Source: Escherichia coli (GTDB taxonomy: Bacteria > Pseudomonadota > Gammaproteobacteria > Enterobacterales > Enterobacteriaceae). From it: a stretch of DNA of 64,000 nucleotides. The DNA lies in NCBI RefSeq assembly GCF_029227855.1, contig NZ_CP074356.1, one strand, 5' to 3'. Below the pieces are notes generated by a model, which was not told the origin of the DNA, ran no database searches, and saw only the letters and a program-made list of their open reading frames with translations. Position numbers and translations under genes: made by a program. Each line of letters starts with the position of its first letter. Positions within the stretch are counted from its first letter, which is position 1. Shown here piece after piece: positions 49,079 through 59,734 of this stretch.

Positions 49079-49109
49079 ACATCGTTTTGTCGGATGTAGC
49101 GTGAATGCC

Positions 49110-50486
49110 TTATTTCCGACGCAGCGTTTTAAATGCCACAAACAGGAATACAATCCACACCGGCAGCAGGATCGCTGACAAGCGCATATCATCCATCGTG
49201 CACATCAGCAGCAAAATCATGCCGAGGAAGGCAATACAAAGATAGTTGCCGAACGGATAAAGCAGCGCCTTAAACTGTGTTTCACGTCCCTGACGTCGCA
49301 TCGCCGCGCGAAAACGCAGATGCGCCAGGCAGATCATAATCCAGTTCAACAGCAGCGTTGCTACCACCAGCGCCATCAGCAGACCAAACGCTTTTTGCGG
49401 CAGCAGATAGTTGATTAACACCACCAGCGAAGTGATCGCTCCGGAAAGCATCAGCGAGTTAATCGGCACGCCGCGACGGCTGACGCGAGTCAAAAACTTC
49501 GGCGCATTACCCTGCACAGAAAGGCCAAACAGCATGCGGCTGTTAGAGTAAACCCCGCTGTTATACACCGACAACGATGCCACCAGAATGACGAAGTTCA
49601 GCGCAGAAGCCACTACGTTGCTGTCGAGATTATGGAAAATCATCACAAACGGGCTACTGTTAGATTTCACTTCCACCCACGGATAGAGTGCCAGTAAAAC
49701 CACCAGTGAACCGATGTAAAACAGCAGGATGCGATACACCACCTGATTCACTGCTTTAGGGATGCTTTTTTCCGGATCGCGCGCTTCAGCGGCAGTAATC
49801 CCAATCAGTTCCAGACCGCCGAAGGAGAACATAATCACCGCCAGCGATAAAATCAGCCCATTCCAGCCGGTGGCAAAGAAACCACCGTAGCGCCAGAGGT
49901 TGTCGATACTGGCTTTCTCGCCGCCGTGACCAGAAAACAGCAGCCACAGGCCAAAGCCGATCATGCCGATGATCGCCAGCACTTTAATCAGCGCAAACCA
50001 GAACTCGGTTTCGCCATATAAGCGCACGTTCACCAGGTTAACAGCGTTGATGATAATAAAGAAGGCGGCAGCCCAGATCCAGGTAGGAACATCCGGGAAC
50101 CAGTACTGCATATAAATGCCCGCAGCCGTTAGCTCTGCCATCCCCACCAGCACGAACATCACCCAGTAGTTCCAGCCAGAGAGGAAGCCCGCAAACGGTC
50201 CCCAGTATTTATAGGCAAAGTGGGCAAATGAACCGGATACCGGCTCTTCGACCACCATCTCGCCGAGCTGGCGCATAATCAGGAAAGCGATGATCCCGGC
50301 GACGCCGTAGCCCAGCAATACAGCCGGACCCGCCATCTGAATCGCCGGGCCAATGCCAAGAAACAGACCAGTACCAATTGCGCCACCCAGCGCAATCAGT
50401 TGAATATGACGGTTATGTAATCCGCGATGAAGCGTCGGCTCTTGATTCGACGCAGTATCTTCCGATACGGTTGACGCGTTTTTCAC
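49110..50486 (-). CDS. pheP: Phenylalanine-specific permease PheP (APC family), 458 aa
   Basis: ORF 49110..50522; start taken at GTG 50486 (VKNASTVSEDTASNQEPTLHRGLHNRHIQLIALGGAIGTGLF...), as I recall for K-12; the upstream ATG at 50522 would add 12 residues. Confidence 0.9.
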   Translation of the reverse strand: MKNASTVSEDTASNQEPTLHRGLHNRHIQLIALGGAIGTGLFLGIGPAIQMAGPAVLLGYGVAGIIAFLIMRQLGEMVVEEPVSGSFAHFAYKYWGPFAGFLSGWNYWVMFVLVGMAELTAAGIYMQYWFPDVPTWIWAAAFFIIINAVNLVNVRLYGETEFWFALIKVLAIIGMIGFGLWLLFSGHGGEKASIDNLWRYGGFFATGWNGLILSLAVIMFSFGGLELIGITAAEARDPEKSIPKAVNQVVYRILLFYIGSLVVLLALYPWVEVKSNSSPFVMIFHNLDSNVVASALNFVILVASLSVYNSGVYSNSRMLFGLSVQGNAPKFLTRVSRRGVPINSLMLSGAITSLVVLINYLLPQKAFGLLMALVVATLLLNWIMICLAHLRFRAAMRRQGRETQFKALLYPFGNYLCIAFLGMILLLMCTMDDMRLSAILLPVWIVFLFVAFKTLRRK

Positions 50487-50587
50487 GCCTTTCCCCTGTG
50501 TGTCTTTTTTGTTGAGGGGCACCTTTTAACATTTAGTGCCCATCGTCGCAAGACACAATCCACACGGTTAAACGGGGTATCCTGCTT

Positions 50588-53500
50588 TTATTTCCGTACC
50601 CGATGTCGGTGCAGCCACATCAGCTTATACGCCGCCGGGATAATAAACAGCGACAGCAAAGGCGCGGTGATCATGCCGCCAATCATCGGTGCGGCAATCC
50701 GGCTCATCACCTCTGAACCAGCCCCCGTTCCCCACAGAATCGGCAGCAGACCGGCGATAATCACCGCCACCGTCATCGCTTTCGGGCGCACGCGCAGTAC
50801 CGCGCCGTGATACAACGCCTCATCCAGCTTCTGCTCACTGAATGTTTGCGGATTATTCAACGACGGCTCGGCCTCTATGGCGTGACGTAAATACATCAGC
50901 ATCACCACGCCAAATTCGGCGGCGACCCCGGCAAGGGCAATAAAGCCAGTACCCGTCGCCACGGAAAGATGAAAGCCCATCCACCACAGCAACCAGATGC
51001 CGCCCACCAGCGCAAACGGTACGCTGCTGATAATCAGCAACGCTTCGCCCACCCGACGGAATGCCAGATACAACAGCACGAAGATGATCATCAGTGTCAT
51101 CGGCACCATGAGTTTCAGCTTATGGTTGGCGCGCTCCAGTAGCTCGAACTGCCCGGAGAATGCCACGCTGGTGCCCGGTTTTAACTGCACTTTTTCATCT
51201 ATCGCTTTTTGCAAATCGTGAACCACCGACACCATGTCACGATCGCGGGCATCGATATAAATCCAGCTCGTCGGGCGCGCATTCTCGGTTTTCAGCATCG
51301 ACGGTCCGGTAGAGACTTTAATGTCGGCCACGTCTGCCAGGGTGATTTGCTGCTTCATCGGCGTCAGGATCGGCAACTGGCGCAGTGCCTGCGGACTATC
51401 GCGCCAGCTTTGCGGATAACGCAGATTAATTGGATAACGGGCAATCCCTTCCACCGTTTCGCCAACCATCGCCCCGCCCACCGCAGAAGTCACAAACAAC
51501 TGCACATCCGCCACCGTCATACCGTAACGCGCGGCTTTTTCACGGTTAATCTCAACGTTGATATAGCGCCCACCTTCCAGACGCTCGGCAAGCGCAGAAG
51601 CCACGCCTGGTACCGTTCGTGCCACCTCTTCAATTTGCTCCGCCATCGCGTCGATATCCGCCAGCACAGTGCCGGAAACTTTAATGCCGATGGGGCTTTT
51701 AATGCCAGTCGAGAGCATATCGATACGGTTACGAATTGGCGGCACCCACAGATTCGCCAGCCCCGGCAGCCGCACGGTGTTATCCAGTTCCTCAATGATT
51801 TTGTCCATCGTCATGCCAGGCCGCCACTGATCCTGCGGCTTAAGCTGGATGGTCGTTTCAACCATCTCGAGCGGAGCAGAATCGGTGGCGGTTTCCGCTT
51901 TCCCGGTTTTGCCAAATACCCGCGCCACTTCAGGTACGCTCATAATTAGCTTGTCGGTTTTTTGCAGCATACTCGCCGCCTCTGCTGCGGAAATCCCCGG
52001 CAGCGTCGATGGCATATACAACAAGTCGCCTTCATTGATCTGCGGTAAAAATTCCCCGCCAACTTTATTGAGCGGCCAGAGAACCGTCAGCACCGAAAGC
52101 GCTGCCACCAGCAGCGTGGTTTTTGGCCAGTGCAGTACTTTCAGCAACAGCGGATGATAAGCACGAATCAAAAAGCGATTGAGCGGGTTACTGCTTTCTG
52201 GCGGAATTTTGCCACGGATCCAGTAACCCATCAGGATAGGGATCACTATGATCGCCAGCAGCGCCGCACCCGCCATCGCATAAGTTTTGGTGAACGCCAG
52301 CGGGCCAAACAGACGCCCTTCCTGCCCTTCCAGGGTGAAGATCGGGATAAACGACAACGTGATAATCAGCAGACTGATAAACAGCGCCGGCCCCACTTCA
52401 ACAGACGCATCGGTGATCACCTGCCAGCGCGTTTTATTATCCAGCGTGGCGTCAGGATGCTGGTGCTGCCACTCTTCCAGTCGTTTATGCGCATTCTCGA
52501 TCATGACGATAGCGGCATCGACCATCGCCCCGACGGCAATCGCAATGCCGCCCAGCGACATAATATTGGCATTCAGCCCCTGGAAGTGCATGACAATAAA
52601 AGCAATACACAACCCCAGCGGCAACGAAATAATCGCCACCAGCGCCGAGCGCACATGCCAGAGAAACAGCGCACAGACTACCGCCACCACAATAAACTCT
52701 TCCAGCAACTTGCCGCTGAGGTTGTCGATGGCGCGGTCAATGAGCTGGCTGCGATCGTATGTTGTAACTATCTCCACGCCTTCCGGCAGACTGCTTTTCA
52801 GCGTTTCCAGTTTGTCTTTCACGGCGGCGATCACTTCTCGGGCGTTTTTGCCGGAGCGCAGGATCACCACCCCGCCCGCCACTTCGCCTTCGCCGTTCAG
52901 TTCGGCAATGCCCCGGCGCATCTCCGGGCCAATCTGGACCTTCGCAACATCGCGCAGATAAACGGGCACGCCATTTTCACTGGCTTTTAAAACGATGTGA
53001 TTAAAGTCGTCGAGCGTTTGCAGATAGCCGCTGGCGCGCACCATATATTCCGCTTCCGCCAGTTCGATCGACGAACCGCCCGCTTCCTGGTTTGAAGCAT
53101 CCAGCGCGCTTTTTACTTCGGCGAGACTGATGCCATATTGCGCCAGGCGCTGGGGATCGATAACCACCTGATACTCTTTCACCACACCGCCCACCGACGC
53201 CACTTCCGCAACGTCAGGGATGGTTTTTAGCTCATATTTGAGAAACCAGTCCTGCAATGAGCGTAAATCGGCCAGATCGTGCTTACCGCTGCGATCCACC
53301 AGTGCATATTCATAGATCCAGCCAACACCCGTGGCATCTGGCCCCAGCTCAGCGCTGACTCCCGCAGGCAGCTTACCCTGTACCTGGTTGAGGTACTCCA
53401 GCACCCGCGAGCGCGCCCAGTATGGATCGGTGCCATCTTCGAAAATGACATACACATAAGAGTCGCCAAACTGCGAGAAACCGCGCACAGTCTTCGCGCC

Positions 53501-53731
53501 AGGCACCGACAACATAGTGGTGGTTAGCGGATAAGTCACCTGATTTTCAACGATTTGCGGTGCCTGACCGGGATAGCTGGTTTTAATAATCACCTGCACA
53601 TCAGAGAGATCCGGCAGTGCATCCACTGGCGTGTTAATGATGGTCCAGGTGCCCCAGATACTCAGAAACAACGCGCCCATCAGCACCAGAAAACGGTTCG
53701 CCACCGAGCGACGAATAATCCATTCAATCAT
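50588..53731 (-). CDS. cusA: Cu(I)/Ag(I) efflux RND transporter CusA, 1047 aa
   Basis: ORF track 50588..53731, [47 protein letters not shown]... Confidence 0.96.
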   Translation of the reverse strand: MIEWIIRRSVANRFLVLMGALFLSIWGTWTIINTPVDALPDLSDVQVIIKTSYPGQAPQIVENQVTYPLTTTMLSVPGAKTVRGFSQFGDSYVYVIFEDGTDPYWARSRVLEYLNQVQGKLPAGVSAELGPDATGVGWIYEYALVDRSGKHDLADLRSLQDWFLKYELKTIPDVAEVASVGGVVKEYQVVIDPQRLAQYGISLAEVKSALDASNQEAGGSSIELAEAEYMVRASGYLQTLDDFNHIVLKASENGVPVYLRDVAKVQIGPEMRRGIAELNGEGEVAGGVVILRSGKNAREVIAAVKDKLETLKSSLPEGVEIVTTYDRSQLIDRAIDNLSGKLLEEFIVVAVVCALFLWHVRSALVAIISLPLGLCIAFIVMHFQGLNANIMSLGGIAIAVGAMVDAAIVMIENAHKRLEEWQHQHPDATLDNKTRWQVITDASVEVGPALFISLLIITLSFIPIFTLEGQEGRLFGPLAFTKTYAMAGAALLAIIVIPILMGYWIRGKIPPESSNPLNRFLIRAYHPLLLKVLHWPKTTLLVAALSVLTVLWPLNKVGGEFLPQINEGDLLYMPSTLPGISAAEAASMLQKTDKLIMSVPEVARVFGKTGKAETATDSAPLEMVETTIQLKPQDQWRPGMTMDKIIEELDNTVRLPGLANLWVPPIRNRIDMLSTGIKSPIGIKVSGTVLADIDAMAEQIEEVARTVPGVASALAERLEGGRYINVEINREKAARYGMTVADVQLFVTSAVGGAMVGETVEGIARYPINLRYPQSWRDSPQALRQLPILTPMKQQITLADVADIKVSTGPSMLKTENARPTSWIYIDARDRDMVSVVHDLQKAIDEKVQLKPGTSVAFSGQFELLERANHKLKLMVPMTLMIIFVLLYLAFRRVGEALLIISSVPFALVGGIWLLWWMGFHLSVATGTGFIALAGVAAEFGVVMLMYLRHAIEAEPSLNNPQTFSEQKLDEALYHGAVLRVRPKAMTVAVIIAGLLPILWGTGAGSEVMSRIAAPMIGGMITAPLLSLFIIPAAYKLMWLHRHRVRK

Positions 53732-53742
53732 TGGTTATTCCC

Positions 53743-54966
53743 TCAATGCGCATGGGTAGCACTTTCAGAGCGCATCCGCTCCAGTGCGCCAGAAATATTG
53801 GCTTCGGAATCAATCAGGAACAGGCCGCTGGAAACCACCTTTTCACCTTCCGCCAGACCAGAGCGTAATGCGGTGACGCCTTGCGATGCCTGGAAAACGG
53901 CAACGCGTTTCGGTACAAAGCGCCCGTCGGCATCAACGGTAATCACCCGCTGTTCGCTGCCGGTATCAATCAGCGCTTGTGACGGAATGAGCAGCATCGG
54001 TTCGCTGGCGGTGTTGAGTTGCAACCAGGCGTTCATTCCCGGCTTTAGCGCCTCGTCGGTGTTGTCGACTTCCAGGCGCAGCTGCAGCGTGCGGGTTGCG
54101 GCATCCACGCCGGGTAGCAGCGTCCATTTGCGGATGGTGAGTGTTTTATCAGGTCGTGCCGGAACGGTGAGCGTAAACTGCGAGGCATCTTTCACCAGCC
54201 AGGCGATGGACTCCGGGATCGCGGCAGTGATCCACACCGGATCCATACCCTGAATTTTCGCGACCACGTTATCTTTGGCGATATTCATTCCCGCGCGCAG
54301 ATCAAACGCGGTGATCACGCCATCAATGGGCGCTTTGAGCGTAAAGCGAGTCTGGATTTTTTGCGTGGCGATCAGGCGGCGAATATCCGCCTCCGGCATT
54401 CCCGCCAGTCTCAGCCGCTCAAGAATGCCTTCAGTCTGGGTCGCCGTACCGCCAGTTTCGCGCAGCAGTAAATACTCACTCTGCGCTTCCACCCAGTCGG
54501 GAATGGTCAGGTCGAGAAGCGGCGCGCCCTTTTGTACTTTATCGCCCACGGTAAGCGGATACACCTTGTCGATAAACCCGGCGGCGCGGGCCTGCACAAT
54601 GGCATACTGATACTCGTTGTAACTGACATTCGCCGGGAAACTTTGGGCAAAAGTCAGCGGCCCGCGCGTGACGGTCGCCGTTTTCACCCCCAGATTCTGC
54701 GTCTGAGTCGGGTCAATGCGCACACCAGACGCAGAACTCTCTTCATCGGCATATTTCGGCACCAGATCCATATCCATAAACGGCGATTTACCTGGTTTAT
54801 CGAACCGCGTATTGGGATACATCGGGTCGTACCAGAATAAGATTTTACGTTCTGCGGTCGACGTTTTTTCTGCGGGCGGTTCCGCCTTTGCAAACCAGGT
54901 AAAACCTGCCGCAGAAATAATACCGCCCGCGATCATGCTGCCGATAATAAGCGCGATTTTTTTCAT
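53743..54966 (-). CDS. cusB: Cu(I)/Ag(I) efflux membrane-fusion protein CusB, 407 aa
   Basis: ORF track 53743..54966, MKKIALIIGSMIAGGIISAAGFTWFAKAEPPAEK... Confidence 0.95.
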   Translation of the reverse strand: MKKIALIIGSMIAGGIISAAGFTWFAKAEPPAEKTSTAERKILFWYDPMYPNTRFDKPGKSPFMDMDLVPKYADEESSASGVRIDPTQTQNLGVKTATVTRGPLTFAQSFPANVSYNEYQYAIVQARAAGFIDKVYPLTVGDKVQKGAPLLDLTIPDWVEAQSEYLLLRETGGTATQTEGILERLRLAGMPEADIRRLIATQKIQTRFTLKAPIDGVITAFDLRAGMNIAKDNVVAKIQGMDPVWITAAIPESIAWLVKDASQFTLTVPARPDKTLTIRKWTLLPGVDAATRTLQLRLEVDNTDEALKPGMNAWLQLNTASEPMLLIPSQALIDTGSEQRVITVDADGRFVPKRVAVFQASQGVTALRSGLAEGEKVVSSGLFLIDSEANISGALERMRSESATHAH

Positions 54967-54981
54967 CTCATTAAACCTGGG

Positions 54982-55314
54982 TTACTGGCTGACTTTAATA
55001 TCCTGTAATAAAGAAAGGTTGCCCTGCTGGACAAAATTAAACGCCACTTTGTCGCCGGTTTTTATTTCGCCCATCTTCGTCTGCGGGGTGATGGTAAAGC
55101 GCATGGTCATCTCCGGCCAGTTCACGGCAGCAATCGGATCGTGATGGATAGTGATTTTTTTGCTTTCCAGATCAATACCTTTTACCACCCCTGTGGCACT
55201 AATGACCTGCGGTTGTGCTTCGCTCATGGTTTCATGATGATGTTCGTTAGCCTGGGCATTAAAGCCAATAACGGTAAACAGACTGAACATTGCGACTTGC
55301 AGTGCTTTTTTCAT
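54982..55314 (-). CDS. cusF: Periplasmic Cu(I)/Ag(I) chaperone CusF, 110 aa
   Basis: ORF track 54982..55314, MKKALQVAMFSLFTVIGFNAQANEHHHETMSEAQPQVISATGVVKGIDLESKKITIHHD... Confidence 0.95.
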   Translation of the reverse strand: MKKALQVAMFSLFTVIGFNAQANEHHHETMSEAQPQVISATGVVKGIDLESKKITIHHDPIAAVNWPEMTMRFTITPQTKMGEIKTGDKVAFNFVQQGNLSLLQDIKVSQ

Positions 55315-55337
55315 TTATTCTCTCCTGGAGTTAAAAA

Positions 55338-56720
55338 TTATTGCTGCCAACCGCCACCAAGTGCGGTATATAAAGAAATTTCGTTAACCTGACGGGCATA
55401 ATTCAGGTCAAGTAAAGTTTGTCGGGTTGCAAATAAAGAACGTTCGGCATCCAGCACTTCCAGATAACTGATTGCGCCGTGCTGATATAATGCCCGCGCC
55501 CGTTGCAAAGTAATTTGCAGCGATGCCAGATAACGCTGCTGGGCGCTAATTTGATCGTTCAGGCTTTGACGTAATGCCAGCGCATCTGCCACTTCTTTAA
55601 AGGCATTCTGGATTTTCTGTTCATAATTCACCACCGACTGCTGCTGGCGAATTTCGGCGATATCCAGATTGGCCTGGTTGCGTCCGGCATTAAAAATGGG
55701 GATCTCAATTTTGGGAATAAAATTCCACATCCCGCTGCTGGCGTTAAATAAGGACGACAGATCGCTGCTGGCGGTCGATATTCCGCTGGTCAGACTGATA
55801 GACGGGAAAAATGCCGCGCGTGCAGCGCCAATATTGGCATTAGCCGCCATCAACGCGTGTTCAGCTTCCATAATATCCGGGCGCTGCAATAAGATTTGCG
55901 ACGACAAGCCCGCCGGTAATTTAACGCTTTGCAGGCTGTCGCTGTTTACTGTTTGCGCTTGCGGCAGCTTGCCGTAGCTTCCCAGCAACAGTTGCAATGC
56001 ATTATTCGCCTGCGCCAGTTCCCCCTGACGTTTAGCGATGTCGCTGCGGGTACTTTCTATCACCCCGCGAGCCTGTTCCAGCGCCAGAACATTGCTGCTA
56101 CCGGTCAACAGTTGTTTTTCGACAAACGCATATGACTGCTGATAATTACGCAGCGTTTCTTCGGCTATTTGCAATTGCGCATACGCCAGTTGCTGATTGA
56201 AATAGCTTTGCGCGACATTAGAAACCAGCAGAATATGCACCGCGCGCTGGGCTTCCTCAGTGGCTAAATAATTTTGGCGCTCGGCTTCGCTCATGTTCTT
56301 TAAGCGACCGAAAAAATCGAGATCAAAGCTGGCGTTAAGGCCGGTCGAAAACTCCCGTGTCGTGGCGGTATTCCCTTTAAGATTACCGCTCCAGCTGCCG
56401 CTGCCCTCGCCATTGAGCTGTGGGTAGCGGTCGGCATCGGTCAGACGATATTGCGCCCGTGCCTCCTGCACTTTCAGCGTCGCCATGCGCAAATCCCGGT
56501 TATTCACCAGCGCCTCGCTAATCAGCGTCTTCACCTGATTATCAATAAAAAAGGTGCGCCAGCCCGCGTTCTGGTAGTTATCTGCTGCGTTAACCAGGCC
56601 GTTCTGGCTGAGTGAGAACTGCTTCGGTACGGGCATTGCCGGACGCTGATAATCCGGTGCCAATGAACAACCGGTTAGCGCAAGGGCCACACAAAATGGC
56701 AGAAGTTTACAAGGAGACAT
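55338..56720 (-). CDS. cusC: Cu(I)/Ag(I) efflux outer-membrane factor CusC (lipoprotein), ~460 aa
   Basis: ORF 55338..56726 (upstream GTG); start taken at ATG 56720 (MSPCKLLPFCVALALTGCSLAPDYQRP..., lipobox LTGC). Confidence 0.93.
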   Translation of the reverse strand: MSPCKLLPFCVALALTGCSLAPDYQRPAMPVPKQFSLSQNGLVNAADNYQNAGWRTFFIDNQVKTLISEALVNNRDLRMATLKVQEARAQYRLTDADRYPQLNGEGSGSWSGNLKGNTATTREFSTGLNASFDLDFFGRLKNMSEAERQNYLATEEAQRAVHILLVSNVAQSYFNQQLAYAQLQIAEETLRNYQQSYAFVEKQLLTGSSNVLALEQARGVIESTRSDIAKRQGELAQANNALQLLLGSYGKLPQAQTVNSDSLQSVKLPAGLSSQILLQRPDIMEAEHALMAANANIGAARAAFFPSISLTSGISTASSDLSSLFNASSGMWNFIPKIEIPIFNAGRNQANLDIAEIRQQQSVVNYEQKIQNAFKEVADALALRQSLNDQISAQQRYLASLQITLQRARALYQHGAISYLEVLDAERSLFATRQTLLDLNYARQVNEISLYTALGGGWQQ

Positions 56721-56789
56721 AGGCACATAATTTCTGGTGATTTTATGCCGCCAACTTTACCCGCCAGGCTCTGATTTTCCGGTGACAGG

Positions 56790-56811
56790 AAAATGACAAA
56801 ATTGTCATTTT
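56790..56811. promoter_or_regulatory. CusR box in the divergent cusC / cusR promoter region
   Basis: Palindrome AAAATGACAAAATTGTCATTTT between divergent cusCFBA and cusRS, matching the CusR operator as I recall it. Confidence 0.75.
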
Positions 56812-56876
56812 ACCAATAAGCGATTGCCATCTGATCCCGCTACTCTAGAATTGCCCGGGCAACATGTGGAGGAAAT

Positions 56877-57560
56877 ATGAAACTGTTGATTGTCGAAGAT
56901 GAAAAGAAAACCGGAGAATACTTGACCAAAGGGTTAACCGAAGCCGGTTTTGTGGTCGATTTGGCCGACAACGGGCTGAATGGCTACCATCTGGCGATGA
57001 CCGGAGATTATGATCTGATAATCCTCGATATTATGCTGCCGGACGTGAACGGCTGGGATATCGTGCGCATGTTGCGTTCCGCCAATAAAGGGATGCCGAT
57101 TCTGTTGCTTACCGCGCTTGGTACCATTGAACATCGCGTCAAGGGGCTGGAGTTGGGGGCGGATGACTATCTGGTGAAGCCGTTCGCTTTTGCTGAACTG
57201 CTGGCGCGGGTGCGCACTCTACTGCGGCGCGGGGCGGCGGTAATTATCGAAAGTCAGTTTCAGGTTGCCGATCTGATGGTCGATCTCGTCAGCCGCAAAG
57301 TCACCCGCAGCGGCACGCGCATCACTCTGACCAGTAAAGAATTTACTCTGCTGGAGTTTTTCCTCCGCCATCAAGGCGAAGTGCTGCCCCGCTCGCTTAT
57401 CGCCTCGCAGGTGTGGGACATGAATTTCGACAGCGATACCAACGCCATTGATGTGGCAGTGAAGCGGCTGCGCGGCAAAATCGACAACGACTTTGAGCCG
57501 AAGCTGATTCAAACCGTGCGCGGCGTGGGTTACATGCTTGAGGTGCCGGATGGTCAGTAA
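56877..57560 (+). CDS. cusR: Copper-responsive response regulator CusR (OmpR family), 227 aa
   Basis: ORF track 56877..57560, [41 protein letters not shown]... Confidence 0.95.
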
Positions 57561-58998
57561 GCCATTTCAGCGCCCGTTTTCGCTGGCAACCCGCCTGACC
57601 TTTTTTATCAGCCTGGCCACCATCGCGGCGTTTTTCGCCTTTGCCTGGATCATGATTCACTCGGTAAAAGTGCATTTTGCTGAGCAGGATATTAATGATT
57701 TAAAAGAGATTAGCGCCACACTCAAGCGCGTTCTTAATCATCCCGAAGAGACACAAGCCCGACGCTTAATGACGCTGGAAGATATCGTCAGTGGTTATTC
57801 CAATGTGTTGATTTCCCTGGCAGATAGCCAGGGTAAAACGGTGTATCACTCCCCCGGTGCGCCGGATATCCGCGAGTTTACGCGTGACGCCATACCCGAT
57901 AAAGACACGCGGGGCGGCGAGGTGTATCTCCTTTCCGGCCCGACGATTATGATGCCGGGCCACGGTCACGGGCATATGGAACACAGCAACTGGCGGATGA
58001 TTAACTTGCCGGTTGGCCCGTTGGTGGACGGCAAACCGATTTATACGCTCTACATCGCGCTTTCGATCGATTTTCATCTTCATTACATAAATGATTTGAT
58101 GAATAAACTTATTATGACCGCATCGATCATCAGCATCCTGATCGTCTTTATCGTGCTGTTGGCGGTACATAAAGGTCACGCACCGATCCGCAGCGTCAGC
58201 CGTCAAATCCAGAACATTACCTCGAAAGATCTCGACGTTCGCCTTGACCCGCAGACCGTGCCGATTGAGCTGGAACAGCTGGTACTGTCGTTCAACCATA
58301 TGATCGAGCGTATTGAGGATGTCTTTACTCGCCAGTCCAATTTCTCAGCGGATATCGCTCACGAAATTCGTACACCAATTACGAATCTCATCACGCAAAC
58401 GGAAATCGCCCTCAGCCAGTCGCGCAGCCAGAAGGAGCTGGAAGATGTGCTCTACTCTAATCTCGAAGAGCTGACGCGAATGGCGAAAATGGTCAGCGAT
58501 ATGCTGTTTCTCGCCCAGGCCGATAACAACCAGTTAATCCCCGAAAAGAAAATGCTCAACCTGGCGGATGAAGTCGGCAAAGTGTTCGATTTTTTCGAGG
58601 CATTAGCGGAAGATCGCGGCGTGGAGTTGCGGTTTGTTGGTGACGAGTGTCAGGTTGCGGGCGATCCGCTGATGCTGCGTCGGGCGTTAAGCAACCTGCT
58701 TTCGAACGCCCTGCGTTATACGCCGCCCGGAGAGGCAATTGTTGTGCGCTGCCAGACGGTCGATCACCAGGTGCAAGTTACCGTCGAAAACCCCGGTACG
58801 CCCATTGCGCCCGAGCACTTACCGCGATTGTTTGACCGTTTCTATCGCGTTGACCCTTCCCGCCAGCGAAAAGGTGAAGGTAGCGGTATTGGGCTGGCGA
58901 TAGTGAAATCGATTGTTGTCGCGCATAAAGGCACGGTTGCGGTAACGTCAGATGCGCGGGGGACAAGGTTTGTGATTATGCTGCCGGAGAGAGAGTGA
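57550..58998 (+). CDS. cusS: Copper/silver sensor histidine kinase CusS, 482 aa
   Basis: ORF 57538..58998; start taken at ATG 57550 ([29 protein letters not shown]...), overlapping the cusR stop; H-box [10 protein letters not shown]. Confidence 0.93.
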
Positions 58999-59734
58999 TT
59001 ATTAAGTTCAAATTCAGGGCGTGGTGCATCACCTCCTGGTATTGTTGATCAACAAATTAGAGAAAAACTTATTAAACATATGAAATATCGAAGGCTTTTA
59101 TTTTTCAAAGTTTCACGAGATGTTTGTATATGAAACTTAGTTAAATCTGTGTTTCTTCCAATTGTAGATCACAATGCCCTTTCTAAATTTTCATCGTTAT
59201 AAACAAGCCATCTATCATATAAAGCAATGAATAATTTAATCGCGATTAATCATCATTAATTGTTATATTATTCACTCAATCTATTTATCAAGTGAATTTG
59301 ATAAATTCCTAATTTAAAATATCCACTATTGAGCCAGTATTTAACAACGTTAAGATGTGCAATGTGCAGATCATGTTATCAGGGTGGAGCGGTAGCATAT
59401 ATTTCTTATGCAATCATTCATTTTAATAATGTTAATTGGATTATTTATTGCTGTGAATAAAAATATATTATGAATATTGGTTTAACTTTGCGTTTTTGTT
59501 ACTCGTTGTGATATGCGTACCTGTCCTGAATAACGCCAAGAAACAAGAGGTTGAGCTTGTGATTATTTTTTTGACTGAACAGACACCCGTTTCTGTAAAG
59601 TAATATTTAAACAAAATTCTCACATAACCATAGCATTTTCTGTTCCTTCCCTAATAACGTCTGAAGTCGTCCCGCTTATCACATTATCCGCAGTTGTACG
59701 GTACGGATCATTATTCATTTTACTGGAGGTTGCT

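Noticed and set aside
51209-52990. Plus-strand ORFs of 246, 286 and 224 aa inside cusA
   Set aside because: Antisense to cusA (a 1047-aa unambiguous RND transporter); low-complexity Arg/His-rich translations.
59051-59104. 17-aa ORF (MKYRRLLFFKVSRDVCI) in the AT-rich cusS-vgrG spacer
   Set aside because: Too short, no Shine-Dalgarno, in AT-rich DNA where random ATG/stop pairs are frequent; mentioned only for completeness.
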